A stretch of 63,596 bases of DNA, counting the filler. It is 8 parts of 8 records of this genome, joined end to end, with 100 filler letters (N's around TTAATTAATTAA, not from the genome) between each part and the next. Parts side by side here need not be neighbours in the genome. Positions count along the whole stretch, not along the records: positions 8,538 to 14,082 come from SRR31147125_2267; positions 14,183 to 29,306 come from SRR31147125_2270; 6 more parts are not named here. One strand, written 5' to 3'. Shown in pieces: positions 10,252-20,248 of this stretch. The translations under genes and the position numbers were made by a program. Below the pieces are notes generated by a model. That model was not told the origin of the DNA. It searched no databases and worked only from the letters and a program-made list of their open reading frames with translations. How positions within the stretch are numbered: the stretch's first letter is position 1; every line of letters begins with the position of its first letter.

Positions 10252-11289
10252 TTAAACAACTCTTTTTCGCACGGTAAAAGCGTTTGCCGGATTTATTACG
10301 GCCAGTTGTTTTATTTCGTTTTCATTAAATCCGTTCTTTAATAATAGTGGAATAAAATCAGTTAAAATGTAATGGTATGGTCCCCTGCTGCCATCGCGGC
10401 GGTAGGAATTTCCGTCATGGGATAATAAGATTTTGTTGAGCAGATTTTTGTTCTTCATTTCCTTCATGATTTCAATAACATGTTCTGCCCGTTCTTCTTT
10501 TATACCATCGATGGATATCCAGGCGCCTTTTTGTGCGGCTTTGATCACCTCATCTGCTGTTTTCACGTGATGGGCGTGCACCCATATCCAGGCAGAGGGA
10601 TCCACCTTTTCCTCCGCAAAAATATCAAATATGTTGTTAATAGCATCGTAATTATCGCGCGCGTGGGTTTGAATACTGAGTCCGGTTTGTTTGTGGGTTC
10701 GTGCTGCTACACGTATTAATTTGGCATCGATATCGGAGAGAGGTCCGTTGTCTATGCCGGTTTTGATAAATCCCGGGTAAACGCCGGAACCGTCTATGCT
10801 GTACTTCCATTCCCGCACCCAGCGTGCTGTTAATTCATCCACCGTCTCGGTGTACGCAAAGGGCGGCACATAGCGGTCTTTGGCAGCCGCATAATAGCCT
10901 GTGTTGGTGAGGATATGTAATCCGCTCTGCTCTGAAATTTTTTTCAGATATTCCGGATGGCGTCCAAAATAAGCAGCTGTGGCGTCCACAATGGTTTGAC
11001 AACCCAATCCCTTTACCTTTTCCAGATAGGGCAACACAGACTCGAACAGGGCATCCTCCTGATAAAAAGGATATCGTACCGGATCCTTGCCAAATATGGA
11101 AAAGACGTGTTCATGTGTTAAGGTGAATCCCATCTCCTCCGGTTCGATAGGCCCGGTGACGGTCATTATTTTTCCTGTCAAAACGGATTTTTTTATTTTC
11201 GTTTTATCCTGGCTATTTACGTTTGATCCTTGTAGCAGTATAACGCCTGCTGATAGCCCCGCCGTTTTAAAAAAATGACGCCTGTTCAT
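10252..11289 (-). CDS. Phosphotriesterase/lactonase-family amidohydrolase with Tat signal peptide
   Basis: MNRRHFFK twin-arginine motif; IMTVTGPI, THEH, FIKTG, QTH, VHAH and SHD metal-site motifs. Confidence 0.88.
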   Translation of the reverse strand: MNRRHFFKTAGLSAGVILLQGSNVNSQDKTKIKKSVLTGKIMTVTGPIEPEEMGFTLTHEHVFSIFGKDPVRYPFYQEDALFESVLPYLEKVKGLGCQTIVDATAAYFGRHPEYLKKISEQSGLHILTNTGYYAAAKDRYVPPFAYTETVDELTARWVREWKYSIDGSGVYPGFIKTGIDNGPLSDIDAKLIRVAARTHKQTGLSIQTHARDNYDAINNIFDIFAEEKVDPSAWIWVHAHHVKTADEVIKAAQKGAWISIDGIKEERAEHVIEIMKEMKNKNLLNKILLSHDGNSYRRDGSRGPYHYILTDFIPLLLKNGFNENEIKQLAVINPANAFTVRKRVV

Positions 11290-11363
11290 TTTTAACTCCT
11301 TTTTTCTTTTGATTATTAACGAACAGGGGGTGGGAAATATTCTGGTTATTTTATTATTGTCTG

Positions 11364-11401
11364 AACCGCAGATTCAGCTGATTACTCAGGTTTCGCAGAT
11401 T
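11364..11401. repeat. Tandem degenerate 9-mer (CGCAGATT-like) repeat
   Basis: ccgcagatt cagctgatt actcaggtt tcgcagatt. Confidence 0.5.
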
Positions 11402-11455
11402 AAAATTTTTTTTGTGCCCTTCATGACTTAAGGTTTCTATTTTAATTAAATCATA

Positions 11456-11537
11456 AACCACCAAGGCTCCAGGACACGAAGAGAAACTTTAATATTTTAA
11501 AAATAATTTCTTATTCGGTTCTTTGTGCTTCGTGGTT
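11456..11537. repeat. Palindromic element of inverted ACAC(A/G)AAG 8-mer triplets, upstream of the TA module
   Basis: Left arm AACCACCAAGGCTCCAGGACACGAAG, AT-rich spacer, right arm TTCGGTTCTTTGTGCTTCGTGGTT. Confidence 0.7.
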
Positions 11538-11626
11538 GCCCCTTTTTAATTGAACAAAATAACACTTGTATTCGTTAAAAAAATAGTTAACTTGGTCATA
11601 TATAGGACTAATCAAAAGAGGTCATT

Positions 11627-11854
11627 ATGTTTGTCGTTAATATTCATGAAGCCAAAACCCATTTATCTAAACTGATAAAAAAGGTGATAAATGGAGAGCA
11701 GGTAATAATTGCCAAAGGAAACAAACCTGTTGTAAAGATGGTTCCGTATGACAATACAAAAGCACAAAGGAAAATCGGCAGCGCCAAAGGACAGATTACA
11801 GTGGCAGCCGATTTTGATGCACCTCTGAATGATTTCAAGGATTATATGCCATGA
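11627..11854 (+). CDS. Phd/YefM-family antitoxin
   Basis: VNIHEAKTHLSKLI..V..GE.VIIAK..KPVVK and a DFDAPL tail; overlaps the toxin start (ATGA). Confidence 0.92.
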   Translation: MFVVNIHEAKTHLSKLIKKVINGEQVIIAKGNKPVVKMVPYDNTKAQRKIGSAKGQITVAADFDAPLNDFKDYMP

Positions 11855-12237
11855 GATATTTAATCGATACTCATGCTTTATTATGGATTGTTATGGATTC
11901 GCCGGAATTAACAACCACTGTCAAAGAGCTCTTTTTAGATTCGGAAAACGAGATATATCTGAGCATGGCAAGTTTATGGGAAATGGCTATAAAAATGAGT
12001 TTGAATAAACTAAGTATGGTAGAATCATTAGAAGATTTCACCCGGAATCATGTCACGGGTAATGATATTCATATCTTAAATATAGAGTTGCCCCACCTTT
12101 ACCGCGTTAGGCAACTCCCCTTCCATCATCGGGATCCCTTTGACCGATTGATAATATCTCAGGCTATTGAGGATAATGTGCCTATTGTGAGTTCGGATAA
12201 AAAATTTGATTTATATGGTGTCAAACGTGTGTGGTAA
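11851..12237 (+). CDS. vapC: PIN-domain VapC toxin
   Basis: YLIDTHALLW, S.ASLWEMAIK and HHRDPFDRLIISQA motifs. Confidence 0.93.
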   Translation: MRYLIDTHALLWIVMDSPELTTTVKELFLDSENEIYLSMASLWEMAIKMSLNKLSMVESLEDFTRNHVTGNDIHILNIELPHLYRVRQLPFHHRDPFDRLIISQAIEDNVPIVSSDKKFDLYGVKRVW

Positions 12238-12258
12238 AATTTTATATTTAATAAAAAA

Positions 12259-12335
12259 AATCACAAAGACACCAAGACACGAAGAACCAGAATGTTTTAA
12301 TTATTAACTCGTCGTGTCTTCGTGTCCTGATGGTT
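12259..12335. repeat. Second palindromic ACAC(A/G)AAG element, downstream of the TA module
   Basis: AATCACAAAGACACCAAGACACGAAG ... GTCGTGTCTTCGTGTCCTGATGGTT. Confidence 0.75.
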
Positions 12336-12375
12336 AATCCTTTGAGTAAAAAATTCGAGCATCAAAACAGGTTCA

Positions 12376-14082
12376 TTAAAATTTCAACCTACCATCCGGA
12401 TCGGCTATTTTCAAGCTAAAATACCAGTTGTGGGACAAATTGGCGGGTTTGACCATAATTTCATTACGTCCTTTTTTCAGCCAGACCGGTAACGTGACGG
12501 TTCCGTCTTCAATGCAAAAGACATCTTTACCAACAGATTCACCGTTAATAAACAGACGGCCATAATCATTAACCATAAAACGGGCATACACCATACGATC
12601 ATCGGGACTGTCGATAAAAGATACGGCATAACCAATGGATTTAAACAGATATCCATATTCCTTACCAAAATCAATCCGTCCTTTTTCATCTACCTGTATT
12701 TGTTTCCAGCCAATGGTGCCGGCAAAGGTGTCATTGGGATTCCAGTTCTCTTTTTCAGGTCCGAAATCCCTGAACATAGCAGGCAGTACCTCGCGCATAG
12801 AGAATGGCGGTGTTGAATAGGCCATGGGCTCACCGTTAAAAGGAGCGACTGTATACCATGTGGGAATAATCCGGTAAGAACCATCTGCAAAAACCGGGAC
12901 AATTTCAGAATACTCGACTATTTTCAGGCCATCTCCTTCTGCATGAATACGGAGCGTGGGTGGGTATGACATGTGTGGATCCGTAACCGCGAGTACAGTG
13001 CGGAACCCGGCACTATCACCGGGAGCAATCCTGACGCTCTTCCGATCTTCTCCTAAAGACCTCCACCCTTTTGGCGTTAATCCCTGTAATGAGAAACGCG
13101 CTATAATATCCTTGTCCAGAGGGTTAACGACGCTGGCTACGAATTCCGCCTGAAAACCATCGTCGGCCGCTTTCAGGGATTGCAGAGTTTGTATTTTAAG
13201 GGGAGATTTATTTGTTTTGCTCACCTGTTCCATGCTGTGAGTCGCTCCCAGCTCCAGAATGGACAAATTCAGGGTATCCCGTTCCATTTTTGCCAGGGCA
13301 ATGTGATGCGTACGCCCCCGATAAAAACTGTGCGGTTTTGTTTGACTGCCACCGCTGGTTGCCATTACATAATAAGGCCGGCCATTGCGGATATCAGTGG
13401 ACAGCCGGTGTGTATGCGCGGCAAGAACCGTATATTTCCGGCCTTTTAACGCATTCTCGATCTGCAGCCATTGCTCATACATGAGTGAACCCTGACCACG
13501 CCAGGCCGGATTATGCATAAAGACCACTGTATGGCGGGCGTTTTTACTGGCAGCGATATCTGCCAGAGCCCATTCCACCTGCTCTTCGGTAAAGTGATGT
13601 CTCTGGTCCTTGAGGCCGGGATGTGCTTCAGTACACAGGGCGATAAAATGTACACCTCTATAATCGAATGAATACCACATTCTGCCGAATCGTTCAAGAA
13701 ACGGCGTTTTTACATCATTCTCATATAAATCATGATTGCCGGCAACAAAATAGAGGGGCATGTGAAGTTTGTTGACATAGCTGGCAAATTTGTCAAACTG
13801 TTCATTAAAATCCATGGCGGCTCCGTCAGGACCTTCCCGGCGGGTGTAACCGTCTATCAAATCACCAGGCATCAAAACAAAGTCCGGATGCAGACTGTTC
13901 ATTTCTCTTATAGCCTGTTCAAAATATGGCCATCCAACCAGAGGATTGCCACCGGCCCTGTCAGCAATAATACCAAAGGTAAAGCTGTCTTCTGTAGCGC
14001 TGAATGGATCACCAAATTGAAGGTTTTTACCAGCGGGAAGGCTGGGATCGGCGGCTTGGAGTGTCAGTGAGAACAGAAAAAA
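12376..14082 (-). CDS. Calcineurin-like metallophosphoesterase with C-terminal beta-sandwich domains (5' partial)
   Basis: The frame is open to the contig edge (FTFGIIADRAGG). Motifs GDLIDG, AGNHD, FMHNP and AHTH. Confidence 0.85.
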   Translation of the reverse strand, partial: FFLFSLTLQAADPSLPAGKNLQFGDPFSATEDSFTFGIIADRAGGNPLVGWPYFEQAIREMNSLHPDFVLMPGDLIDGYTRREGPDGAAMDFNEQFDKFASYVNKLHMPLYFVAGNHDLYENDVKTPFLERFGRMWYSFDYRGVHFIALCTEAHPGLKDQRHHFTEEQVEWALADIAASKNARHTVVFMHNPAWRGQGSLMYEQWLQIENALKGRKYTVLAAHTHRLSTDIRNGRPYYVMATSGGSQTKPHSFYRGRTHHIALAKMERDTLNLSILELGATHSMEQVSKTNKSPLKIQTLQSLKAADDGFQAEFVASVVNPLDKDIIARFSLQGLTPKGWRSLGEDRKSVRIAPGDSAGFRTVLAVTDPHMSYPPTLRIHAEGDGLKIVEYSEIVPVFADGSYRIIPTWYTVAPFNGEPMAYSTPPFSMREVLPAMFRDFGPEKENWNPNDTFAGTIGWKQIQVDEKGRIDFGKEYGYLFKSIGYAVSFIDSPDDRMVYARFMVNDYGRLFINGESVGKDVFCIEDGTVTLPVWLKKGRNEIMVKPANLSHNWYFSLKIADPDGRLKF

Positions 14083-14213
14083 NNNNNNNNNNNNNNNNNN
14101 NNNNNNNNNNNNNNNNNNNNNNNNNNTTAATTAATTAANNNNNNNNNNNNNNNNNNNNNNNNNNNNNNNNNNNNNNNNNNNNTGAAACGTCCTGTTTCAC
14201 TCTACTACCTGCC

Positions 14214-16469
14214 TTAAATAGTATGCGCTACTCTATCTCTTTGCTCAGCATGTTTTCCTCTATTCCATTTGTCTAGAGTTCCTACTAAATATCCAGTGAT
14301 TCTTTCTGTGATATCTAACTCTTCGCTTCCACAAACTGGACAAGCTTTTGGCTGTCTATCATAGAAATGAGACCCACAATCTAAACAGTAATTATCAAAG
14401 TGATTGATACTTACATAACCAATATTTAGGTCTAACATATGCTCTATAGCTCTATTTACAGCTTTTAGGTTATCTAACGGATTTCCATCCATCTCAACAT
14501 AGAATATATGTCCCGCTGATGTTAGTGCATGATATGGCGCTTCAACTTCAGCTTTTTTAATTACGCTACATTTATAGTAAACTGGTACGTGATTTGAGTT
14601 TGTATAATACTCTCTATCATTAACTCCCTCAATTTCACCAAACATTTTCTTGTCTGCATCAGTAAATTTATGGCTAAGTCCCTCAGCTGGAGTAGCTAAT
14701 AGACCAAAGTTAAGATCATATTTATCAGCAAACTCAGCACATTTTTTATTCATATACTTCGTGATCTCTAATCCTAGTTCTTGTGAAGTTTCACTTTCAC
14801 CATGGTGCTGACCTTTTACAAAGTTTCCGTTTTCATCTTTTGTACTTGTTAGAGCTACTAAACACTCAGCTAATCCAATGAATCCGATACTTAGAGAGAA
14901 GTGTTTAATGATATCTTCTACTTTAGTATTTGGAGTCACTCCTTCATTAAATTCCGCCAGGTATTTCATTACATATGGGAATTGTTTAGCAATAGCTGTT
15001 TTTTGCCAGTTCCATCTATCCACTAGTTGATTAGCAGCTAAATCCATTACTCTATCCATCTCTTTGAAGAAAAATTCTTTTCTCATTTCAGCGTCATCGT
15101 GTGCATTCATAGCTTTGATTGCCATTCTAACAATATTAACTGATGTAAATGAAGCATTTCCTCTACCTACAGAGCTGTTATCAGCAAATCTGTTCTCATA
15201 AACTCTTGTTCTACAACCCATTGTACTTGGCTCAAAATACCATCTATTAGGGTCATTGATATCCCATTTTTCATTATGGTTAAACGGTGCATCTAAATTG
15301 ATGAAGTTAGGGAAAAATCTTCTTGACGTTACTTCCTGTGCGTACATGAATAGGTCATAGTTTTTGTCCTCAGGTCTTCTATTGATTCCAGACTTAACTT
15401 TGAAAATTGATATTGGGAATATTGCCGTTTTTCTCTCTTTACCAACACCGTTATTTACAGCATCTAAGAAAGCTTGTATTACAACTCTTCCTTCTGCACT
15501 AGTATCCGTTCCAAAGTTAATTGATGAGAATGGAACTTGGTTTCCACTTCTCGAATTCATTATATTTAAATCATGTACAAGACCTTCCATAGCTTGTCTT
15601 GTCTCTTTAATTGTTTGGTTAACAGCGTATTGTTTAACTCTATCAGTTCCTTCTAAACCATCTAAAGCTTTCTCTTCATACTCATCAACTGTTACATCTA
15701 TTGTTTCCAGTTCCTCTCCAACGAAGAACCTATATGCATCCTTATAGTGCTCTTTGAAACTCATCATTACATATGGAGCCATGTAGAAATCAAATGCGTG
15801 AATTGATTGTCCACCGTGCATCTCATTTTGTGATGTTTGGATAGATATTGCAGCTAATCCAGCAGCTGTTGATATTCTCTTTGGAGGTCTAACTCCACCG
15901 TTTACAGTGTTGAATCCCTCTTTGAATGCCTTACTTAAATCTGTTTGGATACAAGTAAGTGATTTTGTTAAATAAAAATCTAAATCATGAATATGAATAT
16001 CTTTTTTCTCATGTGCTATTCTATTTTCAAATGTTAACAAACTCTCTCTTGCGAACTCTTTAGCGTTTTCAAATCCAACTTTACTAATCATACCACTTGG
16101 AGTTTCTGAGTTCATATTTCCATTTTCATTTGTTAGGTCATTTTTCTTAGCTTGGATCATCTCATCAATTTGTTTATATATATTGTTTCTTCTGATTCTA
16201 TTTCTTTTATTTCTATATAAGATATATTGTCTAGCTACCTCTTCATCAATGTGCATTAACTCTATCTCTACGATATCTTGAATAGTTTCAATCTCTACAA
16301 TCTCTAAATTTTTCTTAAGTAAGATGTTTTCAACTCTTGCTCCAAGTTGTAAAATATCATCATTATTTCTTCCATCTAAAACTTTACATGCTTTAAGTGC
16401 TGCATTTTCTATTTTTGTTTTATCAAAGTTAACTATTTTCCCATCTCTTTTTCTAATTTGCATTCCCAA
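14214..16469 (-). CDS. nrdD: Anaerobic (class III) ribonucleoside-triphosphate reductase
   Basis: ATP cone (IRKRDG), MGCRT, TPAEG, YYTNSNHVPV, CxxC...CPVCG and glycyl-radical loop RITGYL. Confidence 0.96.
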   Translation of the reverse strand: MGMQIRKRDGKIVNFDKTKIENAALKACKVLDGRNNDDILQLGARVENILLKKNLEIVEIETIQDIVEIELMHIDEEVARQYILYRNKRNRIRRNNIYKQIDEMIQAKKNDLTNENGNMNSETPSGMISKVGFENAKEFARESLLTFENRIAHEKKDIHIHDLDFYLTKSLTCIQTDLSKAFKEGFNTVNGGVRPPKRISTAAGLAAISIQTSQNEMHGGQSIHAFDFYMAPYVMMSFKEHYKDAYRFFVGEELETIDVTVDEYEEKALDGLEGTDRVKQYAVNQTIKETRQAMEGLVHDLNIMNSRSGNQVPFSSINFGTDTSAEGRVVIQAFLDAVNNGVGKERKTAIFPISIFKVKSGINRRPEDKNYDLFMYAQEVTSRRFFPNFINLDAPFNHNEKWDINDPNRWYFEPSTMGCRTRVYENRFADNSSVGRGNASFTSVNIVRMAIKAMNAHDDAEMRKEFFFKEMDRVMDLAANQLVDRWNWQKTAIAKQFPYVMKYLAEFNEGVTPNTKVEDIIKHFSLSIGFIGLAECLVALTSTKDENGNFVKGQHHGESETSQELGLEITKYMNKKCAEFADKYDLNFGLLATPAEGLSHKFTDADKKMFGEIEGVNDREYYTNSNHVPVYYKCSVIKKAEVEAPYHALTSAGHIFYVEMDGNPLDNLKAVNRAIEHMLDLNIGYVSINHFDNYCLDCGSHFYDRQPKACPVCGSEELDITERITGYLVGTLDKWNRGKHAEQRDRVAHTI

Positions 16470-16505
16470 TTTCTCCTTTTTCGTTCGTTCTACGTAAGAG
16501 ATATT

Positions 16506-16553
16506 TTACTACATTTTGGGTATTGTTGCAAGAACGGATACTACATATAGTGT
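16506..16553 (-). promoter_or_regulatory. Tandem NrdR boxes upstream of nrdD
   Basis: ttactacattttgggt (16506) and atactacatatagtgt (16538) match acaCwAtATaTwGtg and are 32 bp apart. Confidence 0.8.
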
Positions 16554-16695
16554 TCAGACTTGGGAATTGTAAAGTAAAAATACTTGATTTTAAAAGCTTA
16601 CAATCTATGTAATAAATTTATTTTTTTGTTAATTGCATTTTAACACTGCAAAGAGTAAAATTATACTATATTGATTTTACTGGAGTGTAAAAAAA

Positions 16696-17079
16696 ATGGA
16701 AAAATTATATGAAAAAATCAGAACAGAGATGCTAAATCAGGTCAACGAGAAAAAGAAACTTTCATGGGCTGATAAGGATTATTTATGGAACGCTAGGGCT
16801 TCACTTGTCCCTTTCGCTCAATGTAAGAGTCAAATCAATTATGAAAAGGAGATTTTCGAGATAGCAAGCAAACTAATCAAAAAAGATGAACGATTTAGTA
16901 AAACAGCAGTTGGTTGGGTTATGCGTGAGTGGAATAATCAATATGACTCAAATTTAGTCATTGAATTCTGTAGAGAAAACTCTAAATTTATCACAACAGA
17001 GGTCTTTAATAATATATTTAAACATTTTGACAGGAATAGGAAGAAAGAGATCAAAAAGATAATATTTGAGAATATATAA
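16696..17079 (+). CDS. DNA alkylation repair (AlkD-like) protein, C-terminal half only
   Basis: YLWNARASLV and ERFSKTAVGWVMRE motifs; short for the family. Confidence 0.65.
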   Translation: MEKLYEKIRTEMLNQVNEKKKLSWADKDYLWNARASLVPFAQCKSQINYEKEIFEIASKLIKKDERFSKTAVGWVMREWNNQYDSNLVIEFCRENSKFITTEVFNNIFKHFDRNRKKEIKKIIFENI

Positions 17080-17440
17080 TTTTCTAATTGGCTAACCTAA
17101 CAGTATAATTTTGATTAAAGATATTTCAAAAAAACTCTAAAAGTTTTAAGAGTTCTTGATATTATTTTTTCATTATTAGATTTAATGGTTAGCCATTTGT
17201 TTTATTTAAAAAATTCAATATTTTTCATCATTCTATATATCTATATTCTGTCATTTCTATCTTATCCCCCTCTCCCCTTTAGGCAAAACTTCCAACATTC
17301 TAGTTGAAAACAATTCGTTATGTTATAATTTAGTTTTATTTGTTTATAAAGAAAGCAAAACTTCTGGACATCGTTTGGTATTTCTTAAAAAGAAATTTAA
17401 TAATATAATTATTTTGTAAATAAGATGGTGGTGATCTAAA

Positions 17441-19777
17441 TTGAATATCTTATCAATAAGACAAAAAGAAATAATAAAATATTTATTAAGAAAAAATGAT
17501 TTTATCTCAACAAAAGAAATTTCAAAGGAATTTCAGGTATCTGAAAAGACTATCTATAGAGAATTAAAAATTATTGAGAAAGAGTTAAAAAATAATAATA
17601 TTTTACTGAAAAAAAAGCAAGGCAAAGGAGTTTTAATTGAAGGTTATACAGGAAATGAAATGATCCTGAGTTATGATTTCAATAAAAATATTGAAATCAT
17701 TGAAACTACTTCCGTACAGGAAAGAAGAGCTGACATTTTACTTGAATTACTACGTAATACACCAAAGTTTACATCAATCACAAAGTTATCTGAGCAATAT
17801 TTTATCAGTCGTACTTCTATTGTAAACGATATTCTATACTTAGAAAAAGAACTAAATAACTATAACCTCTCTTTGGAAAAAAATAATCTTGGTACCAGAA
17901 TCACAGGTAATGAAAAAAACATTAGAGACATGATGGTTAATATTATAAATAGCTCCATTCATGAAAAAGTTTTACAAAAAAATTATGTAATTTCCCAAAG
18001 AATCGGAGAAAGTACTTTTAAAGAATTGGAAATTTTATTTTCAAAAGAAGACATCATAAATGTAGAAAAATTAGTAAATGATGCGGAAATTCAACTTAAC
18101 TATACTATCGCTGAGTCATATTATATAAATTTTATCACTCACATTTTAATATTAGTTCAAAGGTTAAAAGATGGCAACAATGTCTATAAAAATATAGAAA
18201 AAGTTTTTATAGAAAAGAAACCTTATAAAATCGCTAAAAATATGGCGGATAAATTAGAATCACTTTATTCATTAAAACTCCCTGAAGAGGAAATCTATTT
18301 TATTTATCAATATTTAGTCTCTTCTGGTGTTGGTTCAATTATTCAGTCACTTAATATGCCTATTTTGCTAAATCAGGTAGATGAAAAAGTAAAAAATATA
18401 GTTATGGAATTAAATCAAAAAATGTATAAAATTGCTGGTGTAAAAATGTATGAAGGGTTGGAGCTTTACGAAAGTCTTATTTTACACATAAAAGCTATGC
18501 TAAACAGACTTGCATATAATATTAAAATTAAAAATCCATTATTAGATGATATTAAAAGTGAGTTTTCCGATCTTTTCAATTTCGTTGGAATGATTATGCT
18601 TCCTCTCTCAAAAAAATATAATCTACCTAAAATAACCGATAGTGAAATATCTTATCTGGCAGTATATTTTCAAGCGATATTGGAAGAAAAAATTGATGTA
18701 ACAAACATAATTATCGTTTGCTCAAGTGGAATAGGATCATCTTATTTATTAAAAAACAGAATAAAAACCATCTTTCACGAGTGGAATATAAAAGACATCG
18801 TCTCTTTAGAAAAACTAAATAAAGGTTACGATCTAAGCGATATAGATTTGATTGTTTCAACAATTAAAATTCCCAAAATTGAAAAACCAGTTGCGTATGT
18901 TAGTGTTCTTTTAGATGAAAAAGATATTGAATTAATTAATAAAGTTTTTTTAGATTTTAATCAAAAAGAAAAAGTAAAAAATCAAAATTTAAATTTATTC
19001 GAACTATCAAAATATACATTGGAGTATGTAGAAAACAGCTCAAGTAAATCCTTTGATACAAGCAGAAAAAAAGCCATTAAAAAAATTACTAATATAAATT
19101 CATTATCAAAAATTAATATTAGAAAATTTTCAGGATGCAATGATATAAATATTGAATTTATTGACAGTGACAGTGACAGGATTAAATTAGGTTTTTTATA
19201 TCTCGAAAAACAACTTCGAACAATAATCATCCATATGAATAGTATCCATAACGAACAAAGTGAGCTGTTCAAACTAATTAATTGTATTTGCAAGGATGCA
19301 GACAAGCAAAGAAATATTCTTAAACTTGCTAATAGTAAAAATATTTTAAAAATAGAGAATATTAATTTAGATTTTAACATTTCAAACAAAGGCGAATTTT
19401 ATAACTTTGTATCAAAAGAACTAGAAAATAGAAAAATCATTAAACATAAAGATATTTTCATTAGAGAACTAAGAAACCGTGAAAAGATGGGCTCAACTTA
19501 TATTGGGAACGATATGGCATTACCACATATTATTTCTTCAAATATAAATGAAAGCAATATTTTTATTTTTCGTAACAGTAAACAAATCAAATGGAATGAA
19601 ATGTTAAATGCCAAATGTATTATCTTGATTGTATTGGAGAAAAAAGATGAAATGGAGATATCATTAGAATCTTTATTAGTATCAAATTTCCTCGAAAATA
19701 TATCCGACAGTTTAAAACAAGATATTCTTCTACACAAAGATCAAAAAACTATATTTCAAGAGTTTAAAATATTTTAA
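17441..19777 (+). CDS. BglG/MtlR/LicR-type PRD regulator with EIIB and EIIA domains
   Basis: HTH (VSEKTIYREL), two PRDs, IIVCSSGIGSS (EIIB-like) and MGSTYIGNDMALPH (EIIA). Confidence 0.9.
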   Translation: MNILSIRQKEIIKYLLRKNDFISTKEISKEFQVSEKTIYRELKIIEKELKNNNILLKKKQGKGVLIEGYTGNEMILSYDFNKNIEIIETTSVQERRADILLELLRNTPKFTSITKLSEQYFISRTSIVNDILYLEKELNNYNLSLEKNNLGTRITGNEKNIRDMMVNIINSSIHEKVLQKNYVISQRIGESTFKELEILFSKEDIINVEKLVNDAEIQLNYTIAESYYINFITHILILVQRLKDGNNVYKNIEKVFIEKKPYKIAKNMADKLESLYSLKLPEEEIYFIYQYLVSSGVGSIIQSLNMPILLNQVDEKVKNIVMELNQKMYKIAGVKMYEGLELYESLILHIKAMLNRLAYNIKIKNPLLDDIKSEFSDLFNFVGMIMLPLSKKYNLPKITDSEISYLAVYFQAILEEKIDVTNIIIVCSSGIGSSYLLKNRIKTIFHEWNIKDIVSLEKLNKGYDLSDIDLIVSTIKIPKIEKPVAYVSVLLDEKDIELINKVFLDFNQKEKVKNQNLNLFELSKYTLEYVENSSSKSFDTSRKKAIKKITNINSLSKINIRKFSGCNDINIEFIDSDSDRIKLGFLYLEKQLRTIIIHMNSIHNEQSELFKLINCICKDADKQRNILKLANSKNILKIENINLDFNISNKGEFYNFVSKELENRKIIKHKDIFIRELRNREKMGSTYIGNDMALPHIISSNINESNIFIFRNSKQIKWNEMLNAKCIILIVLEKKDEMEISLESLLVSNFLENISDSLKQDILLHKDQKTIFQEFKIF

Positions 19778-19792
19778 ATAAAAGGAGAAAAA

Positions 19793-20248
19793 ATGTTACT
19801 TACAAAACAACAAATTTTTTTAAATCAAAATTTAACTAACAAAAATGATGTTTTAAATTTTATAGCTAATAAAGCTTATGATCTGGATATTGTAAAAGAT
19901 CAAAAAGTTCTTTATGACGAACTGATTGAAAGAGAGAATATTTATTCAACTGCAGTTGAAAATTTAATTGCGATTCCTCATTCCAAAAGTGAAAATATAA
20001 AAGAATCAAAACTTTTCTTTTTACAATTAAACAATCCAATTAATTGGGATTCACCTGATGAATATAAAGTAAAAGTTATGTTTGCAATATTAGTTCCCAA
20101 AGATCATGCAAATGACGGTCATGTAAACATCTTATCAAATATAGCAGTTAATTTATTAGAAGAAGATTTTCAAAATTTTATTTTAAGTATTGATAATGAA
20201 GATAAATTATTAAATTACTTTTATTCAAAGTTTAAAGAGGAGGAATAA
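19793..20248 (+). CDS. PTS fructose-family IIA
   Basis: ERE..STA....IAIPH motif. Confidence 0.92.
   Translation: MLLTKQQIFLNQNLTNKNDVLNFIANKAYDLDIVKDQKVLYDELIERENIYSTAVENLIAIPHSKSENIKESKLFFLQLNNPINWDSPDEYKVKVMFAILVPKDHANDGHVNILSNIAVNLLEEDFQNFILSIDNEDKLLNYFYSKFKEEE

Noticed and set aside
11456-12335. Integron attC sites or CRISPR repeats around vapBC
   Set aside because: There is no clear RYYYAAC...GTTRRRY box architecture, no regular repeat-spacer array, and no intI or cas gene.
12477-14070. Many short overlapping ORFs inside the metallophosphoesterase (and similar shadow ORFs across the window)
   Set aside because: They are antisense or alternate-frame shadows of well-supported genes, with no recognisable motifs.
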